Under the pieces are notes generated by a model. It was given only the letters and a program-made list of their open reading frames with translations. It made no database searches and was not told where the DNA came from. A DNA stretch of 64,000 bases from Carcharhinus amblyrhynchos (taxonomy: Eukaryota): the NCBI GenBank assembly GCA_965287045.1, contig OZ336876.1, positions 38,812,001 through 38,876,000 of the forward strand. Reading direction: 5' to 3'. Both the position numbers and the translations under genes were made by a program. Shown here one piece after another: positions 12,210 through 24,759 of this stretch; within the stretch, counting starts at the first letter, position 1; the number at the start of each line of letters is the position of its first letter.

Positions 12210-14061
12210 AGGATAGCAAGAGTTTTTATAAATATATAAAAAGGAAGAGGCTGGCTAGGGTGAACATTGGTCCCTTAGAGGATGAGAAGGGGGACTTAGT
12301 GGTAGGGGATGGGGATATGGCAGAAGTCTTGAATAACTTTTTTGTTTCGGTCTTCACGGAGGAGGATGTGAATAATTTGCCGGATGTTAGAGATGGAAAG
12401 GTGGTAGGACTGGAGGGTCTCCATGACATTACTGTTACTAGAGAGGTGGTGCTCGACGGACTGGAGGGGCTGATTGTGGACAAGTCCCCAGGACCGGATG
12501 GAATGCATCCAAGGGTCCTGAAAGAAATGGCGGAGGTGATAGTGGATGCCTTGGTGGTTATTTTCCAGACGTCGCTGGATTCCGGGGAAGTGCCGGAAGA
12601 TTGGAAAACGGCTAATGTTACGCCGTTGTTTAAGAAGGGTGCCAGGCAAAAGGCGGGGAATTATAGGCCGGTTAGTTTAACGTCTGTTGTAGGTAAAATG
12701 TTAGAATCCGTCATCAAGGAGGAAATAGCGAGGCATCTTGAGGGGAACTGCTTGATAGAGCAGACGCAGCACGGTTTCCTTAAAGGGAAGTCGTGTCTGA
12801 CAAATTTACTGGAGTTCTATGAGGATGTGTCTAGGGCGGTGGATAGAGGAGAGCCGGTGGATGTGGTCTTTCTGGATTTTCAGAAGGCGTTTGACAAGGT
12901 ACCTCACAAGAGGTTATTACAGAAGGTCAGGGGGCATGGAGTTGAGGGTAGGGTGTTAGCGTGGATAGAGGACTGGTTGTCAAATAGGAGGCAGAGAGTG
13001 GGGGTCAATGGGTGCTATTCGGATTGGTGGATGGTGACTAGTGGAGTGCCCCAGGGGTCGGTGCTGGGGCCTCAGCTATTTACCATTTATATAGATGATC
13101 TGGAGGAGGGAACCGAGTGCAGGGTGTAGAAATTTGCTGATGACACCAAAATTGGTGGAAAGACAAATTGTGCAGAGGGTGGGGAGAGTCTACAGAAGGA
13201 TCTAGATAGGCTGGGCGAATGGGCCAGGAAATGGCAAATGGAATTTAATGTTGGCAAGTGCGAGGTGGTCCACTTTGGTAGGAAGGATTATTACTTACGT
13301 GGAGAAAAACTGCAGCAGGTGATGGTGCAGAGGGACCTCGGGGTCCTTGTGCATGAGTCGCAAAAACCCAGCTTGCAGGTGCAGCAGGTGGTCAGGAAGG
13401 CGAATGGGATGCTGGCCTTCATCGCGAGGGGGATTGAATATAAAAGTAGGGAGGTCTTGCTGCGGCTGTACAGGGCATTGGTGAGGCCGCAGCTGGAGTA
13501 CTGTGTGCAGTTTTGGGCGCCGTACTTACGCAAGGATATTTTGGCCTTGGAGGGAGTGCAGAGGAGGTTTACTAGGCTGTTGCCGGAGTTGAGGGGGTTG
13601 AGCTATGAGGAGAGGCTGAATAGATTAGGCTTGTACTCATTAGAGTTTAGAAGAATGAGGGGAGATCTCATTGAGATGTATAAGATGATGAATGGGATGG
13701 ATAGGATAGAGGTGGAGAGACTCTTCCCGCTCAGAAAGGACAGTAGGACTAGGGGGCATAGCCTCAAGATAAAGGGGGGGCGGTTTAGAACAGAGTTGAG
13801 GAGGAACTTCTTCACTCAAAGGGTGGTGAATCTCTGGAATTCTCTGCCCGTTGAAGTGGTGGAGGCTGCCTCGCTAAATATTTTTAAGACGCGGGTTGAT
13901 GGGTTTTTGATGAGAGACGGGATTAAGGGTTATGGGGAGAGGGCGGGAATGTGGAACTGAGCCACGACAGATCAGCCATGATCTTATTGAATGGCGGGGC
14001 AGGCTCGAAGGGCTAGTTGGCCTACTCCTGCTCCTATTTCTTACGTTCTTATGTTCTTATG
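12210..14061 (+). mobile_element. Young 5'-truncated CR1 (HER1-like) LINE, ORF2 RT with one premature stop
   Basis: [47 protein letters not shown] (TAG at 13127-13129), ORF end 13960, (TTCTTATG)n tail. Confidence 0.97.
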
Positions 14062-14439
14062 AATGTCAAGGAGAGATGGTTATTGGCACTTTTGTTGTCC
14101 AAGTCTTTTTGCATATGGACATTGGATTACTTAAATGTCTGAGAAGTCACATAGAAACCAAGAGAAGGCATAGTCCATTTGACCCTTTGCGTTTGCCCCA
14201 CCATTCAATATGAGAATGATTGATCCTCTATTATCTCCACTTTTACATATGATGGAGGGAAGGTCACTTATGAATTAGCTGAAGATGGTTGGGCCTCGGC
14301 TATGATTCTGAAAAGCTCTTACAGCAATATTCTGCTAAACATTGTTCATTGTTATGGGCAGGCCTACATAATTTGGGAGAGCAGCCAAAAATCAGCCGAA
14401 TTTTCCTGCCCCACCCACAACACTGTCCACTGCTGGTGG

Positions 14440-14785
14440 CACAGGAAAGCCCCACCCTAGGCTTTATTTCTAAAGCGATAGAATTGAAAAGAATGGAAAT
14501 TATGCTGAACCGGTATCGAACTTGATTAGGCCACAAACTTGGATTACCTGTGTGCAGTTCCAATTGTTATAATTATAGAATGGATATAGCAGCATTGGAG
14601 AAGGTAGAGAGAAGATTTACAAGGATGATACCAGAAATATGTGGACATACATATCATGAAAGCATTGTCACGCAGCATCTCTTTGCTCTTGTAAAAAGGC
14701 TGACTGGTGACCTAATAGACGTATTTAAAATTATGAATATTTTGATTGACAGTGCAGATTTAATGTTTTCTCATGTGTATTGCTG
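14440..14785 (+). mobile_element. Degraded CR1 RT C-terminal fragment
   Basis: DIAALEKVERRFTRMIPE...GDLIDVFKIM. Confidence 0.8.
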
Positions 14786-14789
14786 AAGA

Positions 14790-15310
14790 AAGAGGCATGT
14801 TGAAGCTTTAAGTCTTACACTCAGGACATTGCAATAAATCAATTTATATTGTATGAGAAGAGAGTACTGATTGGTTGGAGAAGGCACTGTATGGAGGTGT
14901 TGCCACGGAGAACACACCACTTGATGGCGACTAGCTGACAGATTTGATTTGATAGTTAACTGCCAAGCATTGATTGAAATTTAAATCAGGCAACTTGATC
15001 CCGATTAGTCAAGTCATTTCTCTGAAGAATGAGTCAGCCAAAAGCTTTCACTTCTATTTAAATGAAACAGGTGCAATGTGTGTACCTGGTATTTCTGTCT
15101 GCAAAGAACAGGGCCCTGTCTGTTAACATATCTGACTTTCAGAACACACAAATGCATTACACTGTGAGCTTGACTGACAATCTTAAATTGATTGTCAGCA
15201 TAATTCTAAACACAGAAAGGATTATTTAGCAAACATTGCCTAATCGCAATATCACAATCAATCATCTTCTGATTTGATATATATTGGTGTTTTACCCTTC
15301 TACTGATATT
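14790..15310 (-). mobile_element. Penelope-like element 3' fragment (GIY-YIG C-terminus)
   Basis: Minus strand LLNNPFCV*NYADNQFKIVSQAHSVMHLCVLKV..VNRQGPVLCRQK..HTLHLF resembles the PLE endonuclease C-terminus. Confidence 0.65.
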
Positions 15311-15312
15311 CT

Positions 15313-17390
15313 TGATTTGATTTATTTATTATTGTCACGTGTTAGTATACAGTGAAAAATATTGTTTCTTGCGTGCTATACAGGCAAAACATATAGTTCA
15401 TTGGGAAGGAAAAAAGAGAGTGGAGAATGTAGTGTTACAGTCATAGCTAGAGAAAGATCAACTTAATGCAACGTAAGTCCATTCAGAAGTCTGACAGTTG
15501 CAGGGAAGAAGCTGTTCTTGAGTCGGTTGGTATGCGACCTCAGGCTTTTGTATCTTTTTCCCAACAGAAGAAGGTGGAAGAGAATATGTCCGGGGTGTAT
15601 GGGGTCCTTAATTATGCTGGCTGCTTTGGCGAGGCAGGGGTAAATGTAGACAGAATCAATGGATGGGAGGCTGATTTGCGTGATGGATTGGGCTATATTC
15701 ACGACATTTTGTAGTTCCTTGCGATCTTGGGCAGAACAGGAGCCATACCATGCTGTGGTGCAGCCCGAAAGAATGCTTTTTATGATGCATTTGTAAAAGT
15801 TGCTGAGAGTCGTGGCTGACATGCCAAAGTTCCTTAGTGTTCTGAGAAAGTAGAGATGTTGGTGGGCTTTCTTAATTATAGTGTCAATATGGGAGGACCA
15901 CGACAGGTTGTTGATGATCTGGACACCTAAAAACCTGAAGCTCTTAACCCTTTCTACTTTGTCCTTGTTGATATAGACAGGAGCATGTTTTCCTCTCGAC
16001 TTTCTGAGGTCGATGACAATCTCCATCGTTTTGTTGATGTTGAGGAAGAGAGTATTGTCGCCGTACCAGTTCTACAGATTCTCTATATCTTCCCTGTACC
16101 ATTTCTCATCATTGTTTGAGATCCAACCCACTATGGTGGCATCGTCAGCAAAATTGAAAATCGGGTTGGAGGGGAATTTGACCACACAGTCATAGGTATA
16201 TAAGGAGTATAGTAGGGGGCTGAGAACACAGCCTTGTGGGGCATCGGTGCTGAAGATGATCGTGGAGGAGTTCTTGTTGCCTATCCTTACTGATTGTGGC
16301 CTGTGAATTAGGAAGTTCTGCATGCAGTCACAGAAGGAGGTGCTGAGGCCCAGGCCACAGAGTTTGGAGATGAGTTTCCTCGGAATAATGATGTTGAAGG
16401 CTGAGCTGTAATCAATAAATAGGAGTCTGACACAGGTATCTTTGTTATCTAGGCATTCCAGAGTTGAGTGCAGGGCTAGGAAAATGGCATCTGCTGTGGA
16501 CCTGTTGCAGCGGTAGGCAAACTGTAGTGGATCCAGGTAGTCTGGGAGGCTGGAATTGATTCATGCCATGACTAGCCTTTCAAAGCACTTCATAATGAAG
16601 GATGTCAGAGCCACTGGCAGATCGTCATTAAGGGGACACTGCATGGTTTTTCTTAGGTACCGAGATGATGGTCATCTTCTTGAAGCAGATAGGGACCTGA
16701 GATTGTTGTAAAGAGAGGTTGAAGACGTCTGCAAATACCCCTGCCAGTTGATCCGCGCAGGACCTGAGTGCTCATCCGGGTACCCCTTCCGGGCCAATTG
16801 CTTTCTGTAGGTTGACCTATGAGAAAGCCGCTCTGAAATCTGCGGTGGTGACTCTGGATTCATCCAAGGCTTCTAGGGTGGAGGACGTGCTGTCACTGAA
16901 GTCTTGCCCAAAACGGGCATAGAATGCATTGAGCTCATCATGGAGGGATAGGTTGGAGCTGGCGATTTGACATGCCTTCATCTTGTAGCCTGTTCTGTCT
17001 TGCAGACCTTGCCATAGTCGGCGGGGGTCGATGTGGCTAGCCTGCGATTCCAGCTTGGTTTGGTATTGTCTTTTGGCATTTTTGATGGATCTCCTTAGAT
17101 TGTATCTGGCTTTATTGTATAGGTCAGTGTTGCCTGACTTGAACGTTTCCAACCTGGATTTCAGCAAACAGTGGATATCCCTGTTCATTCATGGTTTCCG
17201 ACTTGGGAACGTATGGTTTTGCTTCTTTGGCACACAATCTTCTACACACTTACAAATGACGTCAGTTACTGTAGTGGCAGTCTCGTTCAGGCTGGTCACA
17301 GAGTTCTTAAATACTGACTAGTCCACTGAGTCCAAGCAGTCCCATAGGAGATCATCCGATTCCTCAGACCAACATTGCATGACTTTCTTT
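15313..17390 (-). mobile_element. Rex1/Babar LINE, 5'-truncated, decayed RT
   Basis: [54 protein letters not shown]; (TCAAA)n-type tail at ~15313. Confidence 0.93.
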
Positions 17391-17564
17391 GATGGAATGT
17401 GGAACTAGTTTTAAAGGGATAGTTAAAAGTGAATCCAGTGATGCATTTAAGGGAAAGCTAAGTATGAGGGGGAATGGAATGAATGATCATGATGGTAGAT
17501 TTGGATGTGAAAAGATAGGAAGAGGCAGCAGGGACTGTTTGGCCGGAATGATTATTAATTAACT

Positions 17565-17862
17565 AGTTGCCCAAAGACAATTGAGAGTCAACCACATTGC
17601 TGTGGGTCTGGAGTCACATGTAGGCCAGATCAGGTAAGGATGACAGATTTCCTTCCCTAAAGGACATTAGCAAACCAGATGGGGGGTTTTCCGACAATCG
17701 GCAATGGTTTCATGGTCCTCAGTAGATTCTCAGTTCCAGATTTTTTTTATTGAATTCAAATTCTACCATCTGCCATGGTGGGATTTGAGTCCAGGTCGTC
17801 AGAACATTCGCTGAGTTTCTGGATTAATAGTCGACTGATAATACCACTAGGCCATCACCTCC
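17565..17862 (-). mobile_element. tRNA-derived SINE
   Basis: Same body as the plus-strand copy at 39380-39762 (tagggaaggaaatctgccatccttacctggtctgg); tRNA box-B-like segment. Confidence 0.75.
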
Positions 17863-17967
17863 TCTGTAGATATTTTAATTTGTTTTAATGACTATGTTCT
17901 GATAGCACAGGAAATAAGCCAACAGAATCATTTTGAACAATGCAATAAAATAATGAACAAACAGAAA

Positions 17968-18404
17968 GAAAGATTTATACTTATATAGCACCTTTCTTGA
18001 CATCCCAAAGTGCTTGACAGTCAATGAAGTAATTTGTTTTTGAAGTGTAGCTGCTGCTGTAATACAGGAAACGCAGTAGTCAATTTTCACACAGTAAGCT
18101 GCCACGCACAGCAATGCAATCTATCTTTACGGTGTCAGCTGAGGGATAAGTAATGACCACGACATTAGTGATAACTTCCCTGCTGTTTTTTATAATAATG
18201 CCACTGGATCTTTTATATCAACCAATAAGACCCTGGTTTAACATCTTATCTGAACGAAGACACTACTGACAGCATGGCATCTTTTCAGTACTGGACTGCA
18301 ATCCCACCCTTGATTGATTGTTCTCAGGTCCTGGAGTGGGGCTTTAACTCCCAACCTTCTGATTCAGAAGCAAAAGCTTTACCAATTTAACCAAAGCTGA
18401 CACT
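17968..18404 (-). mobile_element. DeuSINE (SacSINE1/AmnSINE1-like)
   Basis: Minus strand tRNA-like head, Deu-domain-like cagataagatgttaaaccagggtc...gatccagtggca, tail gcactttgggatg...aggtgctatataag. Confidence 0.75.
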
Positions 18405-18651
18405 TAAATCGTTGTGTGTTTATAAACCGCATTTGTGAAGCTTGCATTAAGCGTCATGCATGGCCTTGTGGACTCTAATGATACCAGGAGTTGGGCTAGG
18501 AAGCATGTGAAAACCCCCTATAATGCACATCTTTATTATTCCTATCAAATCTAATCAATCATGCTGAACTGACCACAAAAGAAAAATTGAGCATTGGTGC
18601 TGAAAACACCAACTCAATACAGGACATTGTAATCACCGCTTCGTCAATGAT

Positions 18652-20020
18652 CATTTATTGTCACATGTATTAACGTACGGTGAAAATTATTGTTTCTTGT
18701 GCGCTACACAGACAGAGCATACCATTCATAGAGAAGGAAGCAAGAGAGTGCAGAATGTTGTGTTACAGTCAACGTTAGGGTGTAGAGAAAGATCAACTTA
18801 ATGCAAGGTAAATCCATTCAGAAGTCTGACATCAGCAGGGAAGAAGCTGTTCTTGAGTTGATTGGTATGTGACCTCAGACTTTATCTTTTTCCCGGTGGA
18901 AGAGAGATTGTCTGGAGTGCGTGGGGACCTTAATTATGCTGGCTTAATTAGTGGGAAGTGTAGACAGAGTCAATGGATGGGAGGTCGGTTTGCGTGATGG
19001 ATTGGGCTACATTCACAACCTTTTGTAATTCCTTGCATTCTTGGGCAGAGCATGAGCCATACCAAGCTGTGATATAACCAGAAAGAATGCTTTTTTGGTG
19101 CATCTGTAAAAGTTGGTGAGAGTCGTAGCTGACATGCCCAATTTCCTTAGCCTTCTGTGAAAGTAGAAGACTATAATGTCAGCATGAGGAGACTAGGACA
19201 GATTGTTGGTGATCTGGACATCTAAAAACTTGAAGCTTTCGACCCTTTATACTTCGTCCCCGTTGATGTAGAGAGGGGTGTGTTCACCTTTATGCTTCCT
19301 GAAGTCGATGACAATCTCTTTCATTTTGTTGACATGGAGAGAGAGATTATTGTTGCCACACCAGTTCACCAGATTCTCTATCTCATTCCTGTATTATGTC
19401 TCATCATTGTTTGAGATCCGACCCACTATGGTGGTGTTATCAGCAAACTTGAAAATCGAATTGGAGGGAAATTTGGCCACACAGTCATTGGTATATATGG
19501 AGTATAGTAGGGGGCTGCAAACACAACCTCATGGAGCACCAATGCTGAGGATGATCGTGCAGGAGGAGTTGTTGCCTATCTTTATTGATTGTGGTCTGTG
19601 AGTTAGGAACTTCAGGATCCAGTCACAGAGGGAGGTGCCGAGGTCCAGGCCACAGAGTTTGGAGATGAGCTTCATGGGAATAATAGTGTTGAAGGCTGAG
19701 TTGTAGTCAATAAATAGGAAGCTGACATAGGTGTCCTTATTATCTAGGTGTTCCAGGTTGAGTGCAGGGCTAGGGAGATGGTATCTGCTGTGGAGCTGTT
19801 GCGGCGGTAGGCAAACTGTGGTGGATCCAGGTAGTCCGGAAGGCTGGAATTGATTCGTGCCATGACTAACCTATTGGAGCACTTCATGATAATGGATGTC
19901 AGAGCCACCAGTCGATAGTCACTTAGGCATGCCGATTGGTATTTCTTAGGTACCAGGATGATGGTCATCTTCTTGAAGCAGATAGGGACCTCAGATTGTT
20001 GTAAAGTGGGGTTGAAAATG
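18652..20020 (-). mobile_element. Rex1/Babar LINE, truncated and decayed
   Basis: Collinear with 15313-16720; DYRLVALTSIIMKC...[11 protein letters not shown]. Confidence 0.92.
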
Positions 20021-20635
20021 GCACGTACCATCTATGATTATTTATAATTTGTTATATTTTATTTTAAGTACAGTTCCCACAATGATACCATTCATGTTTA
20101 TCCTGGGCAACTGATTAAATTGGCTGTATGGCACTAAGTATTTACCACCTCTGCTGAACTCAATAACATGCTTATCAAGTATTATGTGCGATAGCTATTT
20201 CCAGCAATAATATGTCAGAGGATTCTTTCAACAAACACTGCTGCTTCACTCAATATAAGCTTCTATCCCACGTCCATCTTCTGTCAACTGCTTGAGAGTT
20301 TGTTTCTATCTCCTTTTTCTTTCTTGCTGTACTCCCTCACTCAATTACATTAAAGCTCACTGCTGCAGTTTCTTAAAGACACATGGGTTAATGTAGCCAA
20401 TTTAAGCAGTTTTTCTTCTGATATGTTCAAAGAGCAAAAATGCAATGATAAAAATGTAATGGGTGCATTTTAAAATTTTGAATACATGCCTCTTGGTTTG
20501 AATCTTCCTCCTGAAGACTTGTATGAACAAGAATGATTAGCTGGACTACATTTGCTAACTTGGAACCAGAGGTGGCACTTTTATTGCAAGTGCTTAGACT
20601 CCTTACTTTTCTTGCTCTTCTATCGAACAAGCACA

Positions 20636-20722
20636 GAGGGTGGCGACTAGGGGATTTTCACAGTAACTTCATTGCAATGTGAATGTAAGCCTATTTGTGA
20701 CACTGATTAGTAAATAAATAAA
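20636..20722 (+). mobile_element. SINE 3' tail (HE1-type, tail variant 2)
   Basis: gtggcgactaggggattttcacagtaacttcattgc, repeated at 30009, 39085 and 48547 and on the minus strand at 52110-52200 and 57155-57230. Confidence 0.8.
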
Positions 20723-21289
20723 TCTCTCCCTCCCATCTGATCACCAAAATCTCTGTGATTGTCCCTTTACTTTTGGGCATGCAAGAAGGGCTTTGAGGTG
20801 ACTTTACCACCTGTGTGTGACTCGGTTTGCTTTTTCAAAAGTTATTCTGTGAGCAGTGTATTTATTGCTTCTCCTTAGCTATGTTAGAGACATGGTGGTC
20901 AGACTTTTCTTCAATCCCTGATCTTGACCGAGTGACAATGAAAGAATAGCAGCACTTCAAGACATAATATTATATGATTTGGAGGGGAACTTGCAGGCGA
21001 TGTTCTTACGTGATTGCTATTCTGTACTTCCTCAGTGTTAGAGGTCACATGTTCAGGTGGTGCTGTTGAAATAATCTTGATGAGTGGCTGTAGTGCATCA
21101 TGAATATAATGTATACAACAGCGTAGATCTGGGGAGTGGATATTGATTCTTATGGCAGGAGCATCAATCAACAAAACTACTTTATTCTGGATGCATCAGA
21201 CTTTTGTTGCAGCTGTAGTATTCCGCCAGATCCCAGATGTGAGTTATGTTGAATGCAGAGATGGCTCCTGCCCTAACCAAGACAGCTAG

Positions 21290-22392
21290 AAACAACAATG
21301 TTGTGAATGTAGCCTAGTCTATCATGCAAACCAGCTTCCCACCCATTGAACGTACACATCCTGCTCCCTCAGAAAAGCAGCCAGTGTAATCAAGGACTCC
21401 ACACACCCGAGACATACTCACTTCCACCTTCTTCCATTGGGAAAAAAATACGTAAGTCTGAGATCAGGTATCAACCAACTCAAGAACAGTTATTTCCCTG
21501 CTGCTATTGGGCTTTTGAACGGACCTACCTTATATTAAATTGATTTCTCTCTGCACCCTAGCTATGACTGTAACGGTATATTCTGTGGTAAGTAGTCTCA
21601 CAACACCAGGTTAAAGTCCAACAGGTTAAAGTCCAACAGCTTTCAGAGCATTGCCCCTTCATCAAGTGAGTGAAGAGTTCAGTTCACAAACAGGGCATAT
21701 ATAGACACAAACTCAATTACAAGATAATGGTTGGAAAACGAGTCTTTACAGGTAATCAAGTCTTTACAGGTATAGACAATGTGAGTGGAGAGAGGGTTAA
21801 TCACAGGTTAAAGAGATGTGAATTGTCTCCAGCCAGGATAGTTAGTAAGATTTTACAAGTCCAGGCAAGTTGTGGAGATTACAGATTATGTGACATGAAC
21901 CCAAGATCCCAGTTGAGGCCATCCTCGTGTGTGAAACTTGGCTATCAGTTTCTGCTTAGCAATTCTGCATTGTTGTGGGTCGTGAAGGCCACCTTGGAGA
22001 ACACTTACCCGAAGATCAGAGGCTGTTTGACTGCTGGTGTGTTCCCCGACTGGAAGGGAACACTTCTGCCTGGTGATTGTTGAGCGGTGTCCATACATCA
22101 ATTGTCGTAGTGTCTGCATGGTCTCCCCAATGTACCATGCCGTGGGACACCCTTTCCTGCAGCATGTTAGGTAGACGATGTTGGCCAAGTTGCAAGAGTG
22201 TGTACCATGTACCTGGTAGATGGTGTTCTTATATGAGACGATCTGGCACGTCTTGCAGAGGTTGCTGTGGCAGGGTTGTGTGGTGTCGTGGTCACTGTTC
22301 TCCTGAAGGCTGGGTAATTTGTTGCATACAATGGTCTGTGTACAAATCTTTTCACTGTTTACCAATACATGTGACAATAATAAATCAAATTA
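21290..22392 (+). mobile_element. Rex1 3' fragment split by a Penelope insertion
   Basis: Rex1 3' end 21290-21585; tail ttttcactgt...gtgacaataataaatcaaat resumes at ~22348. Confidence 0.8.
21586..22345 (-). mobile_element. Penelope-like element 3' part: GIY-YIG endonuclease plus terminal repeat
   Basis: PCHSNLCKTCQ..HSCNLANIVYLTCCRKGCPTAWYIGETMQTLRQ..GHRSTI..LPVGEH; terminal repeat shared with 41718 and 51611. Confidence 0.9.
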
Positions 22393-24319
22393 AAAAAAGA
22401 TAGGAGCTACTCACTGCCAAGTGCCCAATCTCTCATCTTTTCTCATGGCTATGTTGCTAATCTTTTGATAGGCTTCTGGTCAGTGATTACCATTGAGATG
22501 TCAATGGGGAAACTCAAATCATATTGGCATCATTGATGGTGTCAGAGATGAGACTGGGTCACAAGTTAATAGATGTCCTCTACTTTATCAATATTGAGCT
22601 GAGAAACTCTTTTTTTTCCCCTTTTTTCATTTGTACCATATCTATTGTACTATTTTCAGCATGGAAATATTCCTTTCACAATTCATTGTGTGTGGAACTT
22701 GGGGCACAGACAGGTGCCATCTCTTATTAAATTATTCACATCTATAGCATGAGCACAACTACTTGGTGCTGATGGCAAACATTCCTAAAGCATTGTGTAC
22801 ATTTTGTTTTAGGCCAGTGAAAATGTCACTCGTGAAATACACTTGGTGTCAGCATATAATATCAAGGCTTTCATTTCAATTATCACCATTGATAAGTGAC
22901 TTCCACTCATTTGACTTTGAATTCATTTTCAATTCAAGCCTTAGGAAACCCTCCATTTATCTTCCCATGAACACTAAATTATTGCTGCAGTAATTTTCAA
23001 TCTATTGGAATTGTATCAGACTGCAGTCTTTCAATATCACAGCTGACTTATTCTGCACAACATGCATTTAATTCATGCTTGTAGAATATGTCAATTTTTA
23101 ATCATTATGATATTTGTTTCATTATAAGTGGCATCAGTGATGAATTTAGACAAAATAAATCCTTTAATCTGTCGACAAAAAAGTCTTATTTTTATCAGCA
23201 CCGTGACATTTACTTTCCACCCCATCACAGTTGAACTGCTATTCATGGCTGCCTTAAAAGCCATCTCGAGTTATTTTTTTCCCAGGGGGATCTTACAAGC
23301 TCAGCTTGCTTTTCCAGATTGCTTTTTGGATGACTTCTGTCTAGTTTTAAGAGCTTTAGATTATCATGTTCTACCCCAACTGTGGTGCAATTACCCCCTT
23401 TATATTGAAGCAGAATTACATTGTCAGAAGAACATGAGAGGTAAACTTTCCCTGAACAGAGCACTTTTGAATCATCACTGGCATTATATAAGCCAATTTC
23501 AAATCCTCTATTTGCTGAAAGATACAACAATATAACTTTCTGACATCTTTAGGGAAAGTTCATTTGGATTTTTGGCCTTTCCAATCATTTGTTCCCTCAA
23601 AGAGCATTTAGCTGACTGGATTAGTAATTAATTTAAGAATTCCAGAGAATTAATTGAATCAAATGAAAAATAGCATGTTGTGCAAGGGGAAATAATTAAT
23701 ATTGTGTGGCTGCTAACATTAATGCATTTCCTCTTATGTTGATTTTGAACTCTCTCTGCCTGTTTTGTTTTATGATTGGTCATAATTGATTGGAACACAA
23801 AAGTTTGTGCTGTTAACACAACATTAAACACCTGCTGAATGGTCAATAACAACATAAATTGAATGTTTTTTCCATTATCATGGAAATAGTGCACATCAAT
23901 TTTTACACCATCAAAAATTAAAAACATAAATATTCCTGTTTCTTTTGAGACTTAAAAAAAATTTGCAAGAAGAACATTTTTAACTCCTCAACTACTGCAG
24001 CACATTTTACTTCACGTGCCATGCAATCATGTTCATGTGGAGTGGGGCATAACCAGTACCAAATTCAATAAGGTCAGTTACCAGCTTTTAGTGATATGCG
24101 TTCCAGAACACACACACATCTTCCACTGTTCCTCATCTCTCACCATTTTTATGGCCTCAAACTCGCCCTTGGAACCCAGCTATCATACTTTTATACGTAC
24201 ACTTGGTCTGTTCATGTTGCTTTGATAACTTGCGCTTGTTCCCTGTTTAACTTGAACTTTGCACAGGGGACAAGGTGAACAGAGGCCCACTGATACCACC
24301 CACTAAAGCCAAACAGAAG

Positions 24320-24720
24320 AGAAGGTGACAATTCATCCGTCACATCCATTCCACCACCATTCAATCAAATCATTGCTGATCTCCATCTTAACTCTACTTA
24401 CTCGCTTTTACTCCATATGCCTTGTCACACTTACCCCACAAAAAAAACTATTAGGCTCAGCATCACAGCCTCCCGGGAAGAGAGTTCCACATTTCCATAA
24501 TCCTTCTTGTGAAAATGCTTTTTGGTTTCACTCCTAAATGACTTAGTTCTAAATTTAAGATGATGTTTTCTTTTTTTCTGTATTCCCCAACCAGATGAAA
24601 TAATTTCACTGTAAATTTACCCTATTGAATTAAAACCTCACTTAGATTATTCCATAATCTTCAAAGCACAGGCCCAGTTTATTCAACCTAGCCTCATAAT
24701 TTAAGTCTTGGTTTTGGTAT
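24320..24720 (-). mobile_element. Degraded CR1 3' fragment
   Basis: Similar to the reverse complement of CR1 3' ends (ccaccattcaatc...agagttccacat...). Confidence 0.65.
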
Positions 24721-24759
24721 GAATTTCTAAATTACTTGACGGCTGAGGCAACTTAAAGC

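Noticed and set aside
13291-13815. Minus-strand ORFs repeated at 61632-61874 and 38467-38658
   Set aside because: Antisense frames of CR1 ORF2
21637-21668. Hammerhead in the coding Penelope copy as an active ribozyme
   Set aside because: Core C3 is mutated (TTGATGA) and the cleavage triplet and helix I are disrupted by a local duplication/deletion
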